Origin: Fimbriosthenelais zetlandica
Lineage: Eukaryota
Direction: 5' to 3'
Length of the DNA: 64,000 bases
Assembly: GCA_977030845.1 (NCBI GenBank)
Contig: OZ365113.1
Location: forward strand, 19,840,001-19,904,000
Shown: in pieces, positions 1-8,295 of the stretch
Position numbering within the stretch: the first letter of the stretch is position 1
How the letters are laid out: each line of letters opens with the position of its first letter
Position numbers and translations under genes: made by a program
The notes under the pieces: generated by a model
Seen by the model: only the letters and a program-made list of their open reading frames with translations
Told to the model about the DNA's origin: nothing
Databases searched by the model: none

Positions 1-115
1 AATTTGAACTAGAAACATTATATAAACCCCTAGGGTCTATAGTCATGAGGTTTTTTGTTATTTAAGTGAAATTGTATTTGAAATTCTCAATAATATTTTA
101 TTATTTCCTTTGCAG

Positions 116-226
116 AAAGACTTCAAATTAATGTGCGATAACTGTATTATATATAATAGACCAGAGACCGTTTATTATAAAGAAGCAAAGCGATTACTCT
201 CCATTGGAAATAAACTCATGAGTAAG
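116..226 (+). CDS. BRD7: BRD7/BRD9-family bromodomain protein, internal exon (C-terminal part of bromodomain)
   Basis: Acceptor tttcctttgcag (AG 114-115), donor GT 227-228. Translates KDFKLMCDNCIIYNRPETVYYKEAKRLLSIGNKLMSK, matching the BRD7/9 bromodomain end (human BRD9 DFKLMCDNAMTYNRPDTVYYKLAKKILHAGFKMMSK, recalled). 111 nt, phase 0-0. Confidence 0.95.
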
Positions 227-391
227 GTGCGTATATACATTATAGACACTCATAATTTATTTGATTTATAGATTTCATTATCCCTCTGACCAACTGAATC
301 TGACGAGTATATAATATATCTGAATTATTATTGATATACCCAAATACCCTTCTCTTATATTTATTCTATTATTTATCCTTTATTTTTTCAG

Positions 392-555
392 GAGAAACTA
401 CTCATGATGAAAAAGTCTCTCTCCTTCATGGCTACAATCAGTAATGAAGAGCTGGGAATTGACGATGAAGAGGCTAATGTTATCCTGGCTGGCGGTACTA
501 CAGAACCCACACCTAAACCTCCCAAAGCTAAACCCAAATCAAAACCCAAGCCCAG
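392..555 (+). CDS. BRD7: BRD7/9-family internal exon (post-bromodomain linker)
   Basis: Acceptor tattttttcag, donor GTAAC at 556. EKLLMMKKSLSFMATISNEELGIDDEEANVILAGGTTEPTPKPPKAKPKSKPKP(S); cf. BRD9 ERLLALKRSMSFM. In frame with the previous exon; ends in phase 2. Confidence 0.92.
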
Positions 556-673
556 GTAACCATCCATTATTCCATGGAGCAATTTGTATCGAATTTGAAA
601 AAAAAACACAACCCCAAACCACGTTTTCTTCTCCATAATCAGCTGTATTAATTTTTTTTTCTTATTTCGCCAG

Positions 674-785
674 TAAATTCGAAGCTATTCCTGATAATCT
701 AACGCCTGAAGAAATCCTGGCTGCTGCACGGGAAGCTGCCAAAGATGCCGCGGACGAGCTAACCATGAGGAAACCGAAGAGCAAG
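674..785 (+). CDS. BRD7: BRD7/9-family internal exon (start of DUF3512 region)
   Basis: Acceptor cttatttcgccag, donor GTGAA at 786. (S)KFEAIPDNLTPEEILAAAREAAKDAADELTMRKPKSK; phase-compatible with both neighbours. Confidence 0.92.
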
Positions 786-1517
786 GTGAACATCTCACAT
801 TTCAATACTTTCGGTTATATTTGCTATACTTTGCTATATTGGTGACACCATAATTTGTTCTGGGAACTTTCGAACATCAAACAAATTCTACGCTTGAAAA
901 TTTTCTACAAAATAATTGCCAGGCTTTGTTTCATATGAGAATTGCATTCCTGTTCCTGATTATTCATTTGGACGAATATTATAAATCACCATATATAAAT
1001 TTGTTAGGAGTCGAGTGACTTGGAAGAAGCGAAGGTATTTATTTGGTATTTACTTTAATATGTGTTGCAAGTTTTCTGTTAAGATCAGGTGCCGGCATTG
1101 ATTGTCTTTCCTTCTGGTTCAGTATTCATCCAATCATTAAGTCATAGATTTTGGAAGTGTATATATATAAATAGGAAAGTTTAAACAAACATGGTGGTAA
1201 GGAAATGGAAAATTAAAGTGTGCCTCCCCAAGCCCTTATGCTGCGCTCATGTTCCTATGTACATAAAGTCCTCGTGCATTCTGTCTTGAGTGTTGCCTAT
1301 AATTATGACTCCTAATAAATTCTTTCATCGCTTTTGAATTGAATTTCAATATTATATCATCAAACATTTTTTGAAATTTAATTTCAAGCTAGTATTCTGG
1401 GAGTAGGTGGGGACATTGATCCAAATAGAATAGAATGTATTGAATATATTGTATATATTTAGAGGGTTGATCTTGATGCCTGCAAATCAAATGAATTCTG
1501 AAAACTTTCATTTCCAG

Positions 1518-1590
1518 ATCGGTTTCTTAAGACGACGTCCGGATGGCACTACGACACTGAATATACTCAATCCTGATAACGATGGAATAG
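1518..1590 (+). CDS. BRD7: BRD7/9-family internal exon
   Basis: Acceptor ctttcatttccag, donor GTGAG at 1591. IGFLRRRPDGTTTLNILNPDNDGI; cf. BRD9 MGYLKRNGDGSLLYSVVN. Ends in phase 1. Confidence 0.92.
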
Positions 1591-1753
1591 GTGAGAAAAT
1601 TCATTTATAATAGAGAGTAATATACAAAGAGCAAGGTATTGAATCCAATCATCGGGCCATTTATGATCTTTGCTTCACACCAAAATGGAAATGGGCAGAT
1701 AAGCCTTCGAATCAGTAACCCAGTTTAATAATTTTTCGCATTTTCACTTTCAG

Positions 1754-1864
1754 TGAGTGAGAAGGAGAGGATAGTGGATCTAGGTACGTTGACTGGGAAG
1801 CTGACGTCTGGGACTGGCAACATTGCTGGCTTCAAAGAAAACAAGCGGAACAAGGCTAATCCAG
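1754..1864 (+). CDS. BRD7: BRD7/9-family internal exon
   Basis: Acceptor ttttcactttcag, donor GTGAGA at 1865. (V)SEKERIVDLGTLTGKLTSGTGNIAGFKENKRNKANP; cf. VDLSSLSSKL..GF....GFKDERRNKV. Phase 1-1. Confidence 0.93.
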
Positions 1865-2043
1865 GTGAGAAGATGCTTAAAAATTAAATACATTTACACA
1901 TGAAATGTACAGTGAACGATTCCTTTACACTGCGTGTACCAAATCTTAGAATTGAAATGTAAATTATGTAATAATGCTCTAATACTTAGTAATAGGTAAT
2001 TAACATAATCATTTAAATTTATCTGACTTATATCTATTTTCAG

Positions 2044-2179
2044 TTTCGTACCTCAATTACGGCCCCTATAGCTCCTTCGCCCCCAGCCACGATTCATCTT
2101 TCTCTAACATCACCAAAGAAGACACAGATCTACTGCTGTCCACATATGGCGATGAGACTGGACTCCAATATGCTTTAAG
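2044..2179 (+). CDS. BRD7: BRD7/9-family internal exon (last one found in window)
   Basis: Acceptor tctatttcag, donor GTTAGT at 2180. (V)SYLNYGPYSSFAPSHDSSFSNITKEDTDLLLSTYGDETGLQYAL; YLNYGPYSS is BRD7-like and YGDETG is BRD9-like. Six exons splice to one uninterrupted 707-nt frame with no stop, so the gene continues elsewhere. Confidence 0.95.
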
Positions 2180-3107
2180 GTTAGTCTTTTACTTGTTCTT
2201 CTATCTGTTTTTTCAGGGTACAGAATGATGACGGTTTCTTTGCACTTTGTTCTCAGTGATTTTTGTGTGTTCCTTGAATATATTTCGTCTCAGGCAAAGT
2301 ATGCTATTGTGATTCATTTGGTTCATGCAAGAGGGAGCCATGGTTCCCGTACATGGATGGTGGCGCTTACTATGGCGCAGCTTCAGGCTTTACTCTTTCT
2401 GATTCTCATGTTAGGGAATTACTCTAGAGGTTACTCTAAAAGTGTTTCTCAAGGTCGGTGAGGAAATGAGAAAGCTTGTCATCCACAAAGGCAAAAGAGA
2501 ACTGTTTTATAAATATTTTATTTACAAGATTCAGAACTCGTGTTAACAACATCATTCTGAGTATTTTGAAAGGACTTAATGTTTCTAATACATTTATGCT
2601 CAAAATCTGTTTCTATATGAACAATTTGTTAAAGAATATGTAGAAAAGTGGTGCTTGGTTTCCTTTAAATATTTGAACAATTGCTATTATGCATGTACAA
2701 ATACAGTGAGACTAGAATGTTTTCATTACACCCAGGAAAATATTTTTTTTTTCAATTAATTTGAGTTGTATCTTCTATTAAGGATTAATGACCGACAACT
2801 GAAGCAAAAATCAAAAGTTGATGTAATTTTTTAATAATTCTTTAATTTTTTACGCCTGAAGTTAAACACGATGCTGAAAGTTTCTGGATTTAAAATTTTA
2901 GTGTCCCCGTTCCCTTGCTAGTATCCCCTCACATTTCGAGTCCTGCCTCCACAAAAGTAATTTTAGCGATTCTAACTAAGTTTTATTTCACTATTTCTTG
3001 AGCACATCATGTTACGGACGGTAGATGTGATATACACCATAGCTCGTGAAAATCTCTTTTAGTCATACAATTTACTATCTTAAACTGGAAAAATACTTAG
3101 TTATCCC

Positions 3108-3113
3108 TTTATT
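3108..3113 (-). promoter_or_regulatory. Candidate polyadenylation signal (AATAAA) of the fucosyltransferase
   Basis: First TTTATT on + (AATAAA on -) that I found 3' of the FUT stop, ~480 nt away. Further copies at 2982-2987 and 2517-2522. The hexamer is common in AT-rich DNA. Confidence 0.35.
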
Positions 3114-3589
3114 AATAGTGCAGTGTAGAAAAGGGTTAATTTGATTAGAAGGACTAGGTCTGCCACTCTGCTTCCATACACATATATATGCAACTCATAA
3201 AAACCCGATTCATAGAATCTATCAAGAGCTGTATTGCTTTAATCTAGTGTATGTACATCAGTATCACATGTGGCCAAGTTAAGATTGCTCACAACCCCAG
3301 AAAACACCTGCTCATGTTTATATAATACTTTCTTTTGATGTTTTAAATTCAAATTAAGTATCTGTATTACTTTCGAAGAAAGTGATATAGTTACTTGATG
3401 AAAGAAAATCAATGTAATAGAGTAGGGTTACTAAATCGTATCTACCATGGGTAATTAAATGTAACATTAGTCATGAAAATATTCAACTGAATAGAAACTG
3501 CTACGCTGTGTCCAAATAATGACACAAATAAGTTAATGTAACTTAGTATTGTAACTGAAAAAGATGATTATGATGATTTTGTCTGAAGG

Positions 3590-5428
3590 TTATCGCATGT
3601 CACCGATGCCTTTCCATTCGGGTAAGAAATAGTCTTGTGGGATGTAGCTGCTCTCTATTTCTGAACCAGGCATGATCCAGTCCTTATAGTAGACCACTTC
3701 CCCACCTGCCAACCACCCGGCCCACCAGCCGTATGTGCCCACTGTCATTATAGTGTGGTTACACGAGGCCAGAGTGGCCAGGTCCACCCCTTGGTCAGGT
3801 CCTGATACATAGGTCACATCAGAGCTGTTAATGTGCTGAGTGCACCAGCTGAGGTCATCAGAACTGACCACAAACACACAGTTTGAATACCTGCTCCTAT
3901 AATATTGCATAGCCCTATAAATGTAAGAGAGCGGGGCAGGCTTGTAACCCCTTTTCAGATGCTCCTTGAGCATGTAGTCCCCACGCCTCACATGTACGCC
4001 GACATAAGTCAAGGCTGGCGTGTACTGACCCTGGTAAACCTCAGGGTTCTTCCTCAAATAAGTCCTTTTCACATTTTGAAGGTATTCACTGGCTTGATTG
4101 CGAATCTCCCGCTTGAACCTGAAGAGGTGTTTGATCATGGTCTTATAGTTGTTGAAGTACTTCCATGATTGGAGATAGCAGCAGACTAGGACATCCTCAC
4201 TAGGTAGATTGTATAGGGAGGGAGTATAGATACCACTGTTAGTCTCGTGTACTGTAACAATGTCACGAGGAGCCATGCCTTCCTGGATAGAGAATCGTGA
4301 TTTAATGAACATTTCTGGGATTTCCGTACCCGGGGGAAGAACTGCCAGGCGGTTTGTGGCCCGTGCTAAGCCATAGAGCGAGGCATACTGGAACAAATGG
4401 TTACCGAATCGACCATTAGTTGTCACAAAGAGATTGAGTGTCCGATATGCTGGCTTCTCTTCATGATTCTCACTCTTCTTCCTCTTCTTGAGGTTCTGCT
4501 CAACATACTGCTTTATGATATCATTAGAGTTTTTCCTTAGCTCTGCTGATTGACCATTGTATTGCAAGTTTACTGAGTTTTGTTTACCCCCGCCGTCCCC
4601 TCCCCCTCCTCCTCCCTGGCCACGATTAACATTGATCTGCAGAGGGTGGAAGGCTTTAGATTTCTGAGGACCAGCCCCATAGACTTTGTTCCCATGCTCA
4701 TCAATGTAAAGAAACTTGAGACCACTATCACCCATATCTATTTCATTACTGGGTTCCTTCTTTAAGGCACTTCCCGTATTCTGAAGGCCCCCTGTCCCCG
4801 GTCTATCCTGCTTCAACTCCTGATGGAACTCCACATTAGGAGGTTTCTCCAACCATCCATTGCGATTATTTACACGAGTATCCAGATTCTTCATTGGAGG
4901 CCGGTAGTGTTGGGGCCTGTGTATATGTAACTGCTGCTGCCTTCTCCTCTGAGCCTCGCTCTCTTGTCGTGCGGCCTCCTCCTCCGAAATCATAAAGTAA
5001 TTATAGCCGTCCAGCTCATCGAGGACACTGTGTGACTCGCCTTCCAGTTTATCTAAGTCCTCAGGTGGGACGTACTGTTCTGCATTCTTCATGAGCCGGC
5101 GGTGAGGATTGTCCCTGCGGCTTCGGTGATACATCAAACTATTGCTCCTCTCTACCATCACCCCACCATTCTCACTCATCTCTCTCCCCACTTCCCCAAC
5201 CACATTCGGGCTCATCTTTTCATAGAGCTTGGCAAGGGATAACATCTTGCTTCCCTCCTGGTTTTTAGGCTTTACCCTGACTGAACTCTCAATGAGATAC
5301 TGGGATTGAAGCTTACCAAGGGAATACACAAGGCAGACAACAGCAGTCAATGACATGGTCCAAACCAGGCACTCCATGGACCGGAGGCGAGGCCCAAAGA
5401 CACACCGTACAATCCTTTTTAGCACCAT
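3590..5428 (-). CDS. FUT1/FUT2-like: Alpha-1,2-fucosyltransferase (glycosyltransferase family 11, FUT1/FUT2-like), type II membrane protein, intronless CDS, 612 aa
   Basis: Hydrophobic anchor at aa ~20-38 after a basic N-terminal tail. GT11 motifs GRFGNHLFQYASLYG (aa 339-353), YLQSWKYF, VGVHVRRGDY (aa 476-485), FVVSSDDLSWC, DLATLASCNHTIMTVGTYGWWAGWLAGG and C-terminal YFLPEWKGI. ATG in strong context (AAAATGG) with an in-frame TAA 5 codons upstream. Confidence 0.96.
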   Translation of the reverse strand: MVLKRIVRCVFGPRLRSMECLVWTMSLTAVVCLVYSLGKLQSQYLIESSVRVKPKNQEGSKMLSLAKLYEKMSPNVVGEVGREMSENGGVMVERSNSLMYHRSRRDNPHRRLMKNAEQYVPPEDLDKLEGESHSVLDELDGYNYFMISEEEAARQESEAQRRRQQQLHIHRPQHYRPPMKNLDTRVNNRNGWLEKPPNVEFHQELKQDRPGTGGLQNTGSALKKEPSNEIDMGDSGLKFLYIDEHGNKVYGAGPQKSKAFHPLQINVNRGQGGGGGGDGGGKQNSVNLQYNGQSAELRKNSNDIIKQYVEQNLKKRKKSENHEEKPAYRTLNLFVTTNGRFGNHLFQYASLYGLARATNRLAVLPPGTEIPEMFIKSRFSIQEGMAPRDIVTVHETNSGIYTPSLYNLPSEDVLVCCYLQSWKYFNNYKTMIKHLFRFKREIRNQASEYLQNVKRTYLRKNPEVYQGQYTPALTYVGVHVRRGDYMLKEHLKRGYKPAPLSYIYRAMQYYRSRYSNCVFVVSSDDLSWCTQHINSSDVTYVSGPDQGVDLATLASCNHTIMTVGTYGWWAGWLAGGEVVYYKDWIMPGSEIESSYIPQDYFLPEWKGIGDMR

Positions 5429-5671
5429 TTTCTCTATTCCAATAGGGCTTTATTAAAGGCAAATGATGGAGCGATAATCTCCTCTGATCACTCACACTTT
5501 ATAAGGAAGAAAATGACAATGGCATTGCCAAAATACCTCGCTTAATTTAGGGAGGTTTGATGATCACTAGAGGGCAAAACTAACTTAAGATAAAGACAAT
5601 CCTGAAGAAGTAATCATAAAATGGACCTGGCTCATCTTTTACCAACTTGTGCATTGAATTTAAATCCTCAT

Positions 5672-5685
5672 GTATCCATGGCAAC
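5672..5685. promoter_or_regulatory. RFX X-box-like site
   Basis: GTATCCATGGCAAC resembles the X-box consensus GTYNCCATGGNAAC; 244 bp 5' of the FUT start codon. Confidence 0.35.
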
Positions 5686-5889
5686 CTTTAGTCCTAGTAA
5701 TTACATAGAAACGAAAATAATAGCCAGTAAACACAATCCTTGGGGGCTTTCCATTGCGATCTGGGACTTCAAAGCCTGTAATATAGCTGAGGGGAAGGGG
5801 GTGAGTTTAGTGTAATGTAAGTGTGCTTCACAGAAGGGATAATAACGGATTATCTCCCAGTCCTTCCTTTCATTACCTAACTACACTTG

Positions 5890-5923
5890 TTAAAGGGTGG
5901 AGATCACCGGTCCAACCCTTTAA
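5890..5923. repeat. 34-bp hairpin with TTAA ends (possible collapsed TTAA-type MITE footprint)
   Basis: TTAAAGGGT-GGA-gatcaccgg-TCC-a-ACCCTTTAA: 9-bp perfect outer stem plus 3 further pairs. Confidence 0.5.
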
Positions 5924-6084
5924 TCTAAAGGGCGCTTAGATCCATTCAGACCGCCCTCAGTGGGATATTCCAGGCCCATCTAACAGTCTCACAGTGGTCT
6001 ATCAGAAGTGGATTTTTTCTCTATCAAAGGTGTCACCCGATGGCGCCACGAGAGAGCAAAAGCCTCGGCACTCCGGGCACTCAC

Positions 6085-6292
6085 TTCTCTGGGAGGCAGG
6101 ACCCCAGCGTGCTGTGGAGGTGGAATTACCGGGACAGTCCTTGGAGACCTTTCCCACCGGGCTTCTTGTTCATTCAGCGTGTCACATTAAACTCCAGCCA
6201 ACTCAGATTCCCTCTCAATCAGCGGTAAATCCCTCAAACAGTGCGGCCTGGCGGTATCTCTCTCTCCTCTTCTTCCTCCTCTCCCCAGCCTT
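6085..6292 (-). other. Candidate non-coding 5'-UTR exon of the fucosyltransferase
   Basis: On - strand: acceptor cagctctttactgatag before 6292, donor GAA|GTGAGT after 6085. GC-rich relative to flanks. No expression data. Confidence 0.3.
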
Positions 6293-7516
6293 CTATCAGT
6301 AAAGAGCTGAGGTTCAGGGATGGAACCGAACCCAAACACCAAACACACCACCTCCTAAAAGTGAAAATCACAGTAGATGATCCACAACTGATTTTGTTTC
6401 TGTGGGGGATCATCCAGTTGAAGCTTTTGCTTCAATTTCCTAGTCTATTTCTTCGTATTCTCTTTTTTTGTAAGTTAAATTATATCCGATAAACACATCT
6501 CACCATATGGTATCAACCATGAATGAACATGTCAAACATAAATCACTTCATTTCCAACACTTAAATCTTGGAATTATCAGCTCGTTTTTCGTTCATACAT
6601 CCTTTGGTCCAATCTATCCTTTATGCTGTATTCGTGATTAACTGGCCATATCCTTTGGTCAGGAGCCTGGTTAAGTGCCGTTTAATCCTACCTTTGAACA
6701 GTAGCAATAAATCCACTGAGTTGTTAAACGCTGTCCGTGCTTGTCCCACCTATGTTTGTGTTAGAAGCCTGGAGGTCTGTAACCAATGGTTGGGTGTAAA
6801 TCATTCACAGCTCTGCTGACCTCCACTATTATTCCCCACCTGTGAGTTTGATCTGTTGTGTCACGATCTAACACACTCCGACTATTCTTTGTAATCACTT
6901 GGCGTTAAGAGTTCATGGCTAAAAGAATCGTAGACCTGTCTAGGAATACAATGCCTACCTCTTCTTATGAGCCTTTGTTGATACGTGTACCTGTTCTGCT
7001 ATAGGAACTAGGCACGTGGCTGCACATGTCTTGCTTACTTCACGAAGTTTCCATTCATAAAAAAAACAAATCCAAGTTAAAACACAGATCTTCTAGTTGA
7101 TGTACACACGGACTTGCTACTAGGATCCTCTGTAGTTGAAAAGTGTTCACTGAGTGCTAGAAATGTTCATACTCGGTGAACTCAACCCACTTTAGGCGTT
7201 CCAGAAAAAACGGTTCACCCAAGCATGACGAGTGTTGGTCCTATATATATACACATGTCCACGAGGGGGATGAAGTTCAAGTCATGTGGTCAGTAGTAGT
7301 AGCTTTTGTCCACTTGTCCGCCCGCCTGGAGCTAGTCATTGCCCTGTAGGGGGAATGTTGTATATATATCTCAGTGTCTCTCGTGGTAAGGTTTGTAGCT
7401 GTTGTCTCAGCTTGGTTGTCGCTGGTGGTTGGTTATTGTGTGAGGAGTACACCTCTAGCAAGGCTTGGCAGCCTTGCCCCATACACGCCTGCTCAGCCCT
7501 CTATCTCTACACTTAC

Positions 7517-7644
7517 TGACCAGGATCCATAGCCGAGCTTTGCACTGCCTCCTCCTCCTCCTCCACAACCACCACCTCCTCCTCTTCAGCCTCCTCCTCC
7601 TTCTCCTCTCCCCAGCCACTCGCCCATATCACCAGCCTAGTCAC
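7517..7644 (-). other. Candidate non-coding exon (GA-rich), likely FUT 5'-UTR
   Basis: On - strand: strong acceptor tctttctcttttgcag|GTG and perfect donor TCA|GTAAGT; 128 nt; GAGGAG-rich (splicing-enhancer-like); contains a 13-codon uORF MGEWLGRGEGGGG*. Confidence 0.45.
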
Positions 7645-7665
7645 CTGCAAAAGAGAAAGAGCAGA

Positions 7666-7729
7666 CCAATCACATTCCTGCGTCGTTCTCGTGACGTCAT
7701 ATCCTGATCAATCGAGAAATGTGACGTAA
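7666..7729. promoter_or_regulatory. CCAAT box plus paired CRE/ATF sites
   Basis: CCAAT 7666-7670, perfect TGACGTCA 7692-7699, TGACGTAA 7722-7729 (both preceded by G, 30 bp apart), directly upstream of the 7517-7644 exon candidate. Confidence 0.45.
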
Positions 7730-8265
7730 GAAGCTGTAGCAATGACCCTGATCTATACACGCTACCGGCCATAACTACAGACGGACACATCATCAAGCCA
7801 GTCAATAATTAATGCTACACCAATTATCTCATGCTGGGGCTGAGAGTACCAGGAACATTAACAGTTCTCACTATGCGCTTGTTGCACTCACTAATATCAA
7901 CAATTGGAGGCCCTTGCCCCCATCCGAAATCCCTTTTCTGAAATATGCTAATGGTATGGATTGTTGGGTCCCTTAGATCCTCGTTTGGACCGGCCCCCTT
8001 TTTGGAGGTGGATCAATTGATTCCGCTGTTAATGAGTGTTTGCTTCACACTAGGATTATACAGTGGGGGGGACCGGGTCAGCCACAAGAGATATTCAGCG
8101 AACGACCAACAATGCCACAATTCGATCTGCCTTTGATTAGATACATTGGAAAGTTCCCTTTCAGTGCTTTTTGCAGATAATCAAATGAATATTGAATAAA
8201 ATCAGTCACTGGGAAAATTGCGTCGCTCTATTTACAGTCATTTTGATTGTGTGCTTGTCTGCACC

Positions 8266-8295
8266 CAATATTCCTACACAATATTCCTACACAAT
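8266..8295. repeat. 13-bp tandem duplication
   Basis: caatattcctaca x2 + caat, exact. Confidence 0.85.

Noticed and set aside
388-638. ORFs 388..636 (-) and 444..638 (+)
   Set aside because: Antisense and off-frame shadows of BRD7 exon 392-555; the true frame is fixed by splice phase and homology.
2180-2461. Acceptor-like ttttttcag at 2215-2216 and ORF 2225..2461 as next BRD7 exon
   Set aside because: It would need a 37-nt intron, and the spliced frame (RVQNDDGFFALCSQ*) stops quickly with no BRD7 similarity.
3905-4765. ORFs 3905..4168 and 4580..4765 (+)
   Set aside because: Antisense shadows of the fucosyltransferase CDS.
7465-7707. 80-aa Leu/His-rich ORF (+)
   Set aside because: Product of a (CCT)n low-complexity tract; better explained as the complement of the GA-rich minus-strand exon candidate.
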